A stretch of 64,000 bases of DNA from Octopus sinensis (lineage: Eukaryota): the NCBI RefSeq assembly GCF_006345805.1, contig NC_042999.1, positions 68,324,001 to 68,388,000 on the forward strand, in the 5' to 3' direction. Position 1 is the stretch's first letter; each line of letters starts with the position of its first letter. The position numbers and the translations under genes were made by a program. Below, in pieces: positions 48,916 to 61,142 of the stretch. The notes below the pieces were generated by a model. That model did not search any database and was not told the DNA's origin. It worked only from the letters and a program-made list of their open reading frames with translations.

Positions 48916-49414
48916 GTTTGTCTACCCACCACCGCTTGATGCCCGGTGTGGTGTGTCTGTCCGGCAAAAGAGACTGATAGAATAAGTACCAAACTTTAAA
49001 AGATGTATCGGGTCGATTCACTCGACTTAAAATTCCAGACGGTGACCTAACACGGTCGCCGTCGAATGAACGAAACAAGTATAACAAGATAGAAATATAT
49101 ATATATATATATAAAATATGAATTAGAGATAAAACCACTATTATATTTTTATATTTATACTGTGAAATTTGATTTAATGCTAAATTGAATTTTTCCCTGT
49201 AAGTTTGGAGTTATACTCCCTAATATTATTATTATATCAGCATGGCCGCGGCCTTCGGGCTAAAACATTTTTAAGGATTTATATATGTAAAATTTAGTTA
49301 TAAAGATTCATTAGAATCTAGGCACATCACCATGCAAGAATGATCTTACTAATGTTGGGTTTGTCCAGATCGATGTAAGAAATTCCACCTGTTTGAAATA
49401 TTACCGGTTATAGG

Positions 49415-49502
49415 ATTTTGCCTGATGATGGCGGACTATATGTTATGAGACAATCTTTTATGAATGCTTTAATAAAATTCTACCGAAACAGCTGTCGTAA
49501 AT
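49415..49502 (+). ncRNA. Type I hammerhead-like motif (GUC site)
   Basis: TTTGC-CTGATGA-TGG..CC-GAAA-CAGCTGT-C-GTAAA; palindromic helix III ACAGCTGT. Confidence 0.6.
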
Positions 49503-49527
49503 TTTGACCGCGTGTGTACCGTTGGCA

Positions 49528-49695
49528 ATTTTCTTTCCCCTGTCTTCCCTTCTCTGGATCTTTCCTTCTCCTATGTTTCCGACGAAGAGCTCCGCTCGAA
49601 ACGTTAAACCCTCCTTCTTTCCTGAACGTCCAATAATACTATATTTGTTCCACGTCCTCGCGTTGTAGTGTTTTTTTGTGCTTTCTTGTTTGGAT

Positions 49696-49751
<56 letters not shown>

Positions 49752-49918
49752 ATCCAAACATGAAAACACAACAACGCGAGGACATGGAACAAGTATAGTG
49801 TTATTGGACGCTCAGGAAAGGAAAGAAAGAAGGAGGATTGAACGTTTCGAGCGGAGCTCTTCGTCAGAAACATAGAAAAAGGAAAGATCCAAGGAAGGGA
49901 AGACGGAGGAAAAAAAAT
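49528..49918. mobile_element. Two convergent PLE-like terminal repeats around (TA)n, each with a hammerhead-like motif
   Basis: 49575-49609 (+) has CCGACGA; 49836-49872 (-) has CTGACGA; helix II GAGC/GCTC; GAAACGTT. Confidence 0.7.
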
Positions 49919-49947
49919 CTGTGTGTGTATGTATACATATATACATA

Positions 49948-51367
49948 TGAGTTGGCATCAAAATGTTCCCGGACTAGTTATGTTTAATTAAAAATAATTT
50001 ATTTACCTAAGTTTCAACATCATTTCCTTTGAAATAGTTACGTTGCGCACCAATACACCGGTTCCAGCACTTCGGGGACTTCTGCGATTCGCTCTGGATT
50101 TCAACAATGTTGACATACACGACATATTGGGAAGCTACCGTTCTTTAATATGTTGGCCTGGTAGTTCCTTTGTTAAAATGGCGACCTTTGAGCAGTATTT
50201 TCATATTTGGGGAAAGAAATGGAAGTCTACAGATGCTAAATCTGGCAAATAGGGAAGGTGCAGAAACGATGCCATGTTGTTTTTGGCGAAAAACTCACGA
50301 GTGAAGAAAACTCGGTTACAGGGTGCATTGTGATAGTGAAGAATCCACTTCTTCGCGCTCCAAAGATCCGGTCGCCCTTCGCTGAATGTCCTCCCTCAAA
50401 AATTTCAAAACGTCGCAGTAGAACTCTCGATTGACGGTCTGGCCCCAGGGGACGAATTCTTGATGCACAATACCATATTTCCGGGTGTGACGCTTGTGGC
50501 AGGTTTTTCCAGATCGTTCGTCGTCTTCCAGGGATGTTCTTCCGCTTTTGAAGCGCTCGTGCCACTCGAAACATTCCGTACGACCCACTGCTTCATCCCT
50601 GTAAGCTTGCGAGGTAAACACAGCAATATCATTCGGCACACTGCCCCGTGAAGGTCACTGCTAACTCTCACTGCATGTGCAATCGTGTGCTGCCACCTTC
50701 TGGCGCGCTACAGAAATAGTCCAGGCGAGAAATAGTTAAGGCGGTGAGTTGGCAGAAACGTTAGCACACCGGGCGAAATGCTTAGCGGTATTTCGTCTGC
50801 CGTTACGTTGTGAGTTCAAATTCCGCCGAGGTCGACTTTACCTTTCATCCTTTCGGGGTCGATAAATTAAGTACCAGTTACGCACTGGGGTCGATGTAAT
50901 CGACTTAATACCTATGTCTGTCCTTGTTTGTCCCCTCTATGTTTAGCCCCTTGTGGGTAATAAAGAAATAGGTATTTCGTCTGCTGCTACGTTCTGAGTT
51001 CAAATTCCGCCGAGGTCGACTTTGCCTTTCATCCTTTCGGAGTCGATTAAATAAATACCAGTTACGCACTGGGGTAGATATAATCGACTTAATTCGTTTG
51101 TCTGTCCTTGTTTGTCTTCTCTGTGTTTAGCCCCTTGTGGGTACTAAAGAAATAGGTATTTCGTCTGCCATTACGTTCTGAGTTTAAATTCCACCGAGGT
51201 CGACTTTGCCTTTCATTCTTTCGGGGTCGATAAATTAAGTACCAGTTACGCACTGGGGTCGATGTATTCGACTTAATCTCTTTGTCTGCCCTTGTTTGTC
51301 CCCTCTGCGTTTAGCCCCTTGTGGGCAATAAAGAAATAAGAAATAGTCCAGGAATTCTTTAATACCA

Positions 51368-51372
<5 letters not shown>
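49948..51372 (-). mobile_element. Decayed mariner interrupted by a SINE trimer
   Basis: TIR-like ends at about 49948 and 51372; ..WHERFKSGRTSLEDDERSG, HQEFVP.GQTVN.EFYC.VL. Confidence 0.75.
50740..51338 (+). mobile_element. SINE family A trimer (one head + three 184-bp units)
   Basis: Unit starts at 50788, 50972 and 51156. Confidence 0.9.
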
Positions 51373-51410
<38 letters not shown>

Positions 51411-51520
51411 AGAGAGAGAGAGAGAAAGAGAGAGAGAGAAAGGGGGAGAGAGAGAGAAAGTGAGAGAAAGATATATATATAGAGAGAGTGTGTGTGTGTG
51501 TATGTGTGTGTGTGTGTGTG

Positions 51521-51901
51521 TAAGATATTGATGTATCTTTTCACACTCCATGAATTGCATATCTCTAGTAAACATGACATTTATTGTCTGAACGACACTT
51601 CAACATTTATTTCCCGTTACAACGTTCATCACTCATGTAACCATGATACATGTATCCATCCATCTATCCATCCATCCACCCATCCATACATGGTGAGGTG
51701 GTTCTATGCCTGTGTTCTCTACATCTATTTGTCAATGTGTGGGTGGATGATTGGCTGGCTAGTTGGATACATGTATCATTGTTACATGAGTGATGAACAC
51801 TGTAACGGGAAATAAATGTTGAAGTGTCGTTCAGACAATAAATGTCATGTTTACTAGAGATATGCAATTCATAGGGTGTGAAAAGATTCATCAATATCTT
51901 A
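51521..51901. repeat. Inverted repeat (138-bp arms, 6 mismatches) bounded by (GT)n/(CA)n
   Basis: 51521-51658 versus 51764-51901. Confidence 0.9.
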
Positions 51902-52006
51902 CACACACACACGTACGTATGCTTCGGTATGTGTGCGTGTGTGTATATATATTTATATATATATATATATATAATACAAATAACAAAATGAAGAAACAAA
52001 TTTAGC

Positions 52007-52106
52007 TTGTTCATCAACTTACGGATATTATAATGTTGGATTATTTATTCCATTTGTAAAATGAATCAATGATACAACATTATAATATCCGTAAGTTGAT
52101 GAACAA
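52007..52106. repeat. Perfect 32-bp hairpin stem
   Basis: ttgttcatcaacttacggatattataatgttg and its exact reverse complement, 36-nt loop. Confidence 0.9.
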
Positions 52107-52315
52107 ACCAAATTTGTTTCTCTATTTTCTTATTTCTATTATAAATTTACGGTAAAAATATTTCTTTACCTTCACCCGTTTAATACAATAAAAACTTAAT
52201 TGCATTGCAATTAAAAACATGTATGTATTAAGAATTTGGGTACTTTACCAACAGTATATTGGATAAATGATACCCCATAGTGGGTTACACCCATAACCCC
52301 TATCTTACGTTGTAC

Positions 52316-52365
<50 letters not shown>

Positions 52366-52369
<4 letters not shown>

Positions 52370-52619
52370 TAACGGGAAGCTTTATGAAAATAGACAAAAG
52401 ACGAAGGCAGGTTTACGGAAATAAACAAAAGACGAAGGCAGGTGGAATACAAACAAACAATTGTATTAGTATGGCGCTCAGGAAATATAAATGAAACAAG
52501 TCTTTAACGTTTCGAGCCTACGCTCTTCAACAGAAAGATACACAGAAAAAAAAACACAGAAAAAAGGAGAGAAAAAAATATGCGTGCAAAAGCTAGCGAA
52601 TCAACATGGCGATCCCTGG

Positions 52620-52620
<1 letters not shown>
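52366..52620 (-). mobile_element. Solo Penelope-like terminal repeat (hammerhead-like motif 52501-52538)
   Basis: Same family as 34200-34418 and 6316-6500; (TA)n on both sides. Confidence 0.8.
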
Positions 52621-52700
<80 letters not shown>

Positions 52701-53479
52701 TTATTATTTGAGGGAATATTAATCCAAACTTACAGGGAAAAAAAATTCAATTTAGAAATACTAAATCAAATTTCACACAATATAATATATATATAAACGT
52801 TATTATTATTATTATTTTCTTTTTGCAATTTACTTAATCATTGGTATATTATTGTTATTTTATTTTTAATATTTCTATTATATGTAATTTTCTAGATGGT
52901 GTAATTTAATTGTTCATTTTGAATTGATAAAAGATGGGGCGATGTTTCGCTTGTCGTAGCACACGTTTCCGTCGATTTCCTCCGTCGATTTCCGTAAAAA
53001 ATGTAAACACTGAATCGGCCATACATACATACATACATACATACATACACACATACATACATACACACACACATACATACACACACACATACCTACACAC
53101 ATACACACACACATACATACACACGCACACATACATAGATACATACACACACACATACATGCAGACATACATATACACATACACCGAGTAAAAAATTTCA
53201 GTTATCTCTCTCTTTCACACATTACTCTCTCTGTCTCTTCGCACACACTAACAGAAACACTTCACTTACACAACATACTGTCTGTCTCCCACACCCCATC
53301 AAACACACACACGGGGACTTCAAAGAGAAATTTCCTCGTCATAAAATCGCTTCCTCTTAGTCTCTTTCGCTCTCATTACTTATGTAAAAAAATAGAAGTT
53401 TTTTACGGAAATCGACGGAAACTTGTGCTACGACAAGCGAAACATCGCCAAAGAGGAGTTTTTTCTAATTTTTTATATA

Positions 53480-53583
<104 letters not shown>

Positions 53584-54045
53584 ATGTATGTACGTATATA
53601 TATATGCTTGTTAGTCACGCTTACGAAGCTTTTTGAAATTAAATCCTAATCGCCGGTGATATTTCATTTTCACCGACGACTGACCAATTCAGTAAATAAT
53701 CACAATGCTCTCTCTCTCTTCTATATATATATATAAACAAAACAATAAAAAACGATGACAATGGTGATGATAATGATTACGATAACGATGACAACGTTGA
53801 TGGTGATAATGATGATTCTTATCTGGACAAGATATATATTGGTTGGTAAAAAGAGAAAACTGTCACTGCCTTGTGTGGCATCTCTCTTCCCCTCTTTCTT
53901 TCTCTTGAGCAAAGGTCTCCATGTTGTAACCATGACGATAAACGCACAAAAAGCCCCGCTGCAAACGAGTGCTTGGGCTACTGTGGGAAATTAACCATCG
54001 TTGTCATGATGATTGCTATGATGATCATCACCCTCATAAACATTA

Positions 54046-54077
<32 letters not shown>

Positions 54078-54079
<2 letters not shown>

Positions 54080-55160
54080 GGCGGCGAGCTGGCAGAATTG
54101 TTAGCACGCCGGGCGAAATGCTTAGCGGTATGTCGTCTGCAATTACGTTCTGAGTTCAAATTCCGCCCTGGTCGACTTTGCCTTTCATCCTTTCGGGGTC
54201 GATTAAATAAGTACCAGTTGGTGTCGATATAATCGACTTAATCCGTTTGTCCTATCTGTGTTTAGCCCCTTGTGGGTAGTAAAGAAAATGGTATTTCGTC
54301 TGCCGCTACGTTCTGAGTCCAAATTCCGCCGAGGTCGACTTTGCCTTAGATTCTTTCGGGGTCGATTAAATAAGTACCAGTTACGCACTGGGGTCAATGT
54401 AATCGACTAGTTCCCTCCCCACAAATTTGGGGCCTTGTGCCTCCAATAGAAAAGAGGATTATTATTATTATTATTATTGTTGTTAAGGCGGCGAGATGGC
54501 AGAATCGTTAGCACGCTGGACGAAATGCTTAGCGGTATTTCACTCGTCGCTACGTCCTGAGTTCAAATCCCGCTGAGATCGACTTTGCCTTTCATCATTT
54601 TGGGGTCGTTGAATTAAGAACCAGTTGAGTACTGGAGTCGATGTAATCTATTATCCCCCTCCTCCAAATTTCAAGCCTTGTGCAAATAGTAGAAAGGATT
54701 ATTATTAATATTCGAAATGCTTAGCGGCATTTCGTCCGTCTTCACGTTCTCAGTTCAAATATCCACCGAGGTCGACTTTGCTTTTCATCCTTTCGGATTC
54801 GATAAATTAAGTACCAGTGAAGCACTGTGATCGATGTAATCTATTTCTTTACTACCCACAAGGGGCTAAACACAGAGGGGACAAACAAGGACAGACAAAC
54901 GGATTAAGTCGATTACATCGACCCCAGTGCGTAACTGGTACTTAATTTATCGACCCCGAAAGGATGAAAGGCAAAGTCGACCTCGGCGGTATTTGAACCC
55001 AGAACGCAACGGCAGACGAAATACGGCTACGCATTTCGCCCGGCGTGCTAACGTTTCTGCCAGCTCGCCGCCATAAATTAAGTACCAGTGAAGCACTGTG
55101 ATCGATGTAATCGATTACCCCCTCTCCAAATTTCTGGCCTTGTGCTTGTAGTAGACTTTT
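54078..55160. mobile_element. Nested cluster of SINE family A copies
   Basis: Several plus-strand copies separated by (ATT)n; minus-strand copy 54841-55072 inserted with a 39-bp duplication. Confidence 0.85.
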
Positions 55161-55194
55161 CTGTATTTTAAGCCTGAAGGTAGAAGAATCCAGT

Positions 55195-55410
55195 TTGCTG
55201 GACATTGTTGTAGAGCCGAAAACGAGGTAATTTCTACTCTTCTCCTCTGCTCGCGATACCAGAGAGCGCACACTCTCCTACCCTGAAGTAATCTCCAGGG
55301 ATACAGGCATCCAGCAACAAGACCTCCGTAATGCTATGATGGACCGTGAAGTCTGGCGTAGCATAGTAAATTCCATTGTCTCGACCACGGTCGAACAATG
55401 ATGATGATGA
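55195..55410 (+). mobile_element. RTE-like LINE 3' end with (GAT)n tail
   Basis: GHCCRAENEVISTLLL...YPEVISRDTG...LRNAMMDREVWR..V then tandem-repeat tail. Confidence 0.7.
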
Positions 55411-55829
55411 CTCATTCTATCTGTCTCTTTTGCCGAACCGCTACTTTACGGAGACGTAAACACACCAACACCGGTTGTTAAGCGGAGGGAGGAAAGGACG
55501 ACCACAAACACGAAGGCGCCCACCTACAAAGACACACACACAAATACAGTGACACGCCCACACTCACACACCATTGCCTTCTGTCAGTTCTCGTCTACCA
55601 AATCCACTCACAAGGCTTTGTTCGGCCCGGGGCTATAGTAGAAGATAAATGTCCAAAGTGCCACGCAATGGTACTGAACATGAAACTATGTAGCTGTGAA
55701 GCAAGCCTCTTGCCACACAGCCACGCCAGCGTCTATATGCCACGCACGCACCTAAAAACTTTGTTACTGAAAAGTTCAAACAAATATACCACTCGGCCAA
55801 TATGAGTAAGTGTGTATGTGTGAGTGATT

Positions 55830-55950
<121 letters not shown>

Positions 55951-56639
55951 AGAGAGGAGGACTGAAACTTAAGGAAGGCGGAAGGCATTTTCCCTCTCTC
56001 CCAACTAACAATACAACTAACACCAAGACTGTTGTTTCTTCAGACATCTTATCGAACAATAACACTGAAATTGTGAAAAATTAAACACGACGACCGCCAA
56101 AAGAAGGAGCAATACCATCGCCACCTGATGAACTGTGTATCGATCAATTTTTGCAGCAGCATGTAACGACACCGACCACCACCGTTTCTGTTAAGGCTGT
56201 TGGTGGCTGTGGCAAAGTCTACAGCAGGGCCAACTATTAATACTTACTCATTCAATTGCGCAGCATGTTCCATGGAACGGTTAGAGATACAAAAACAAAG
56301 CTAAGAGGAGCAAAGACTCTTATGCAAAAGGAAAGGAAAAAGGTTGTCTTATTTTTTCTCCCTAGTGGTTTTGGAGAACGCAGAGAAGTGCATAGAGGAA
56401 CAGCAATGCATAGGCAGCAAAACTTGATGCGTGTAAAGACAAAGATACGTTCTGAGAAAGGAGTCTTTAAGGGAAGTCTGGTTGTAGAAAACTTCTTTTC
56501 ATTTGGGGCAGGTGCTATGAAATGTAAACGTAAAGTTCCTATTTGAAAGTGAAGTGAAGTGTCCCCCCACGCCCCATCTAGGAGCAAGAAATTAACTCAG
56601 CCTATCATGCATGTGTCGGTCATTGGCAAAAGTGAAAAT

Positions 56640-56860
56640 GGTGGATGTTCCAATTGGTGGTAGCTATTTTTCTTGGGCAGAAAGAAGAGAATTATGGACA
56701 ACCGCATCGAAACTCCCAGCTTCTATATCCAGATTGTGAATTCACATTTATACCAATAATAATCGGTTCATTTGGTTTTGTTAGTAAATGCCCAACTGAC
56801 AATCTGAATAAGCTAGGGTTTTCAGAAGAAGAAATCAGTCAACAAACTCACACATGACAA
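56640..56860 (+). mobile_element. Restriction-like endonuclease (REL) non-LTR retrotransposon C-terminal remnant
   Basis: KEENYGQ....QLLYPD..F.FIPIIIGSFG.V..L.KLGF resembles the K..KY..L...PI(V)IGALG motif of NeSL/R4/HERO-type elements. Confidence 0.5.
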
Positions 56861-57830
56861 ATATAATAAGTGGAACAGTAAAAATATGCTAGACTTTTCT
56901 CAAGTTTAAAATATGATATTGCTTTCGTTATCTACATTACAGCGATGGGGCTTTGTATCTTTGTTAGAAACGAGTTCTTGCTTCTCAGGAATAATTTAAA
57001 TGATTAAAAATAATAGAGAACATTCATATATAGATATATACGTATATGTATGTCAACACATGTAAGCGCACAAGCACGCAAGTATATATACAGACATGTA
57101 CGCGGGTCTTTATCATCGTAAATACATTTATTGCTTCTTGTTGCTATTGTAAGCCATACAAAGTTAATGACACGAATATGTAATTTCAAACAAACACACA
57201 GTACGTAGAGTATTCCCTACACACATACACACACACGGAGATACACGCACAAAATAATTAGAAAAAATAACAACAATGAAAAACAAAATAAATTTAGAAT
57301 TAAAAAAAATACTTGTTTAAACCCCAAGATTAACCGTCTCATATATCAATGACTACATTGAAAAGGATCAATAAATTAATGCAATGCATCAAACGCTGTC
57401 TGTGAAATTAGCAAAGTCAGATTATATTTGGCACCGCAACATTCATCGGATTTAATATCTATTTATGCTGCCATAGGATATTCCTATTAACAGAAATACT
57501 CAATGCGGAGATTAACGACCATTTCGTTGCCATCGCTCTGTATGTGTTTGAAACCGAGGTTTGAACTCAAACGCCTTCTGATTTTTTCCTTTCAATTGCC
57601 ATCTCTTTTTTCCTCTTTCCGTCTATCTTCACCCCTCTCGTGCTCTCTTTGTGTTTCTCTCTCTTCCTTTTCCTCTCTTTCTCCATCATTTTTCTGTTTG
57701 TTTGGTTATTTTTTTTCTTTCATTTTATTCCCTATCAGTAGTTAGTTATTCAAATGCAATTGAATGGCGCCTCGCTATAGATGTTTGTCACTTTAGTAGC
57801 ATAACTAGGATCTTACTACAGACATAATAC

Positions 57831-57849
57831 CACTTCCGTCCGCCATTTC
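57831..57849 (-). promoter_or_regulatory. Overlapping ETS (ACTTCCG) and YY1-like (AAATGGCGG) motifs; possible TSS/start
   Basis: cacttccgtccgccatttc; minus strand ATGGCGGACGGAAGTG|gtatta. Confidence 0.3.
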
Positions 57850-58479
57850 TGCTATTTCTCCTATTGTCGTTACAAAAATTTTGTGTAGTTTGTTTTTAAA
57901 CTCTCGACCCAAACTGTATCTTGTATTATTTCCGCAACGCAAAAGAAAAATAGTAATAATAATAAAAAAAAAAATAATAAAGTAGTAACAAAAGCCAGAC
58001 CAAACAAAATACTCAATAATAATAATAATAATAATAATAATGCAGATGATGATGATGATGAAAACAAAAATACGAAAATAAACACTGAAAATTGAAATCT
58101 TCGAACTCGTCTGCTTGAATGCGCCAACGTTTTCTCAGCAAACTATAGAAAATACGGTTATTCATTTGTATTATAGTCGTGAAGAGAATTATAACAGGAA
58201 ATTATGGTCTCCATTTATATTGATTGTATTTATTTCAATGAACAGTGTCTAAAAGATTTCTCGGTTCTGTTTTTCAACGTTTATGAAGGTCATAACATCA
58301 TGAAGAGCTTTATTCAGATTCCTTAGTTTGTTTTACATTTATGATTTTTCAACAATTTAAATAAAGCCATTCCTGCCTTTTATTTTCTCTTACAATTTTC
58401 CTTCACGGTCCATTTACCAACCTATCTCTTTACCTATCTACCTGCTCCCTCTGGCTCTCCCTCTGTCTCCTACTCTCAT

Positions 58480-59029
58480 ACGCACAGAGATACAGACACA
58501 CGCATATATTCATTCACACACACACACACATTATATATATACACGTACATACATATACATTCACACACACAAATACATACACATATGTATATATACATAT
58601 AGCTGCAAGCATAGATGTACATATACATATATTCATATGTATATACACACATATACATATATTCATGTATATATACATCTACATACATATAAATTCTTAC
58701 TTACATAGATATATACATATATATACATATATATATATACCTATATGTATGTATACACACACACACACATACACACACACACACACATATATATATACCT
58801 ATATATATACCTATATGTATGTATATATATATACCTATATGTATACCTTTGTATATATATATAAATATATATATATATGTATACATATATATGCATATAC
58901 CTATATATATATGTATACCTATGCATATATATAAATATATATATATATATATGCATATACCAATATCTCTCTCTCTATATATATGCATATACCTATATCT
59001 ATATATATATATGCATATACCTATATCTA

Positions 59030-59069
<40 letters not shown>

Positions 59070-59388
59070 CATATACCTATATATATATATATATATACCT
59101 ATATATATATATATATACCTATATATATATATATGTGCATATACCTATATATATATATATATATACCTATATATATTGGTATACCTATGTATATATATAT
59201 AAATATATATATATGGATATACCTATATATATATACCTATATATATGTATACCTATGTATATATATGCATACCTATATATATACATATACATACCTATAT
59301 GTATATATACATACCTATATATATATATACACATACCTATATATATATACACATACCTATATATATATACATACCTATATATACATAC

Positions 59389-59421
<33 letters not shown>

Positions 59422-59551
59422 CCTATATATACATAGCTATATATATATACATACCTATATATACATATACATACCTATATATATATATATATATATAGGA
59501 AAAATTATAAGGCAGAATGCTAAATTGAAAGTTAATTTTTATAAAAATGGG

Positions 59552-59583
<32 letters not shown>

Positions 59584-59624
59584 TATATATATATATACAT
59601 ATACACACACACACATATATATAT

Positions 59625-59659
<35 letters not shown>

Positions 59660-59852
59660 CATATACACACACACACACATATATATATATACATATACAC
59701 ACACACACACATATATATACATATATACACACACACACACATATATATACATATACACACACACACACACACATATATATATACATATACACACACACAC
59801 ACACACATATATATACATATACACACACACACACACACATATATATACATAT

Positions 59853-59921
<69 letters not shown>

Positions 59922-59960
59922 CATACCTATATATATATATATGTGTGTGCGTATGTATGC
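58480..59960. repeat. Compound TA/CA microsatellite array with periodic ATACCT and ACAC interruptions
   Basis: About 1.5 kb low-complexity sequence; source of the 372-aa and other spurious ORFs. Confidence 0.95.
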
Positions 59961-60184
59961 ATACCTATATTCTTTTACTTGTTTCAGTCATTTGACTGTA
60001 GCCATACATACCTATACACATTTTAACTTTTTCCTCTTTCCTTCAATTTCAACTTTCATGCATGAAAATATTGGCTATATATATTTTCTATAGTATAAAT
60101 GTTTACGCACGCGCTCACCGTCATACATACACACATGCCATGTGAGTGAGGGTAGTAGACGGAAACTGTGTGGAATCCCGTCAC

Positions 60185-60237
<53 letters not shown>

Positions 60238-60239
<2 letters not shown>

Positions 60240-60373
60240 TAAAGCTGTACAGACCTCACAAAAACTGTTACTCAGAGTTTCACGTTTCCGTTCGTCTAAC
60301 AGAACCAAAATTGTCCGACGAACGGGAACGTGAAACTGAGTAACAGTTTTTGTGAGGTCTTTGCAGCTTTATT
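60238..60373. repeat. Palindrome of two divergent hammerhead-like units next to (TA)n
   Basis: 60311-60346 (+) TTGT-CCGACGA-ACG ggaa CGT-GAAA-CTGAGT-A-ACAG; 60265-60302 (-) is the same unit with a mutated core. Confidence 0.7.
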
Positions 60374-60603
60374 TATAAAGTATATTACCCTACCTCCGGT
60401 ATTCGAGTACTATTTTCTCCACCTTGTTTCACATCTATGTGCTTACTCTGGTATATATACATATATATATATATATAAATTTTCAGAATGAGATAAAAAT
60501 CCAAGGCTGTGAAAGATTTTAGAACAATGCCAAGGAATTGTTTATCGATTGCTTAAGCTTTACCTGAGATAAGTGCTTATAATAGCGAGAAATAGAGGTT
60601 ATG

Positions 60604-60642
<39 letters not shown>

Positions 60643-61087
60643 CATGTGTCTCCTCCACTGCTTGACAGCTGGTGTTGCTGTGTTGTAACCAAGCGGTTCA
60701 GCAAAAGATGCCGATAGAATAATCAAAATACATCTAAGTACCGCGGTCGATTTCTTCGATGAAACCATTCGCGGCATTAGCCCCAAGCTGGCCTCATTCC
60801 AATTTATTGAAAAAGATAAAAGAATAAAGGCACAGACATGTGTGTCTGTGTTAGTGGGATGTAAAGAAACCAACATCAGTTGTCAAATAGTGGTGTAATG
60901 CAAACAGAAATTGGCGCGCGCACAATTATATACACGCACGGGCTTCTTTCAGTTTACGCCTACAAATTCACTCACAAGGCTATGGTCGGCCCGGGGGCTA
61001 TAGTAGAAGCCACATGCACAAAGTACCACGCAATGGGACAGAACCCGGAACCATGTGGTTAAGAAGCAAACTTCTAAGCCAACTACA

Positions 61088-61141
<54 letters not shown>

Positions 61142-61142
<1 letters not shown>

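Noticed and set aside
50788-51338. CRISPR-like array or prokaryotic features
   Set aside because: The repeats are contiguous SINE units without unique spacers; the window is eukaryotic with spliceosomal introns.
56256-56587. Overlapping 96-aa and 111-aa ORFs
   Set aside because: No recognisable homology; ORFs of this length are expected by chance. Splice-like signals on both strands are inconclusive.
58665-60026. Long ORFs up to 372 aa (YIYI/HTHT repeats)
   Set aside because: Translations of TA/CA microsatellites, which lack stops in some frames. The same applies to ORFs at 45368-45818, 52892-53649 and 55733-56084.
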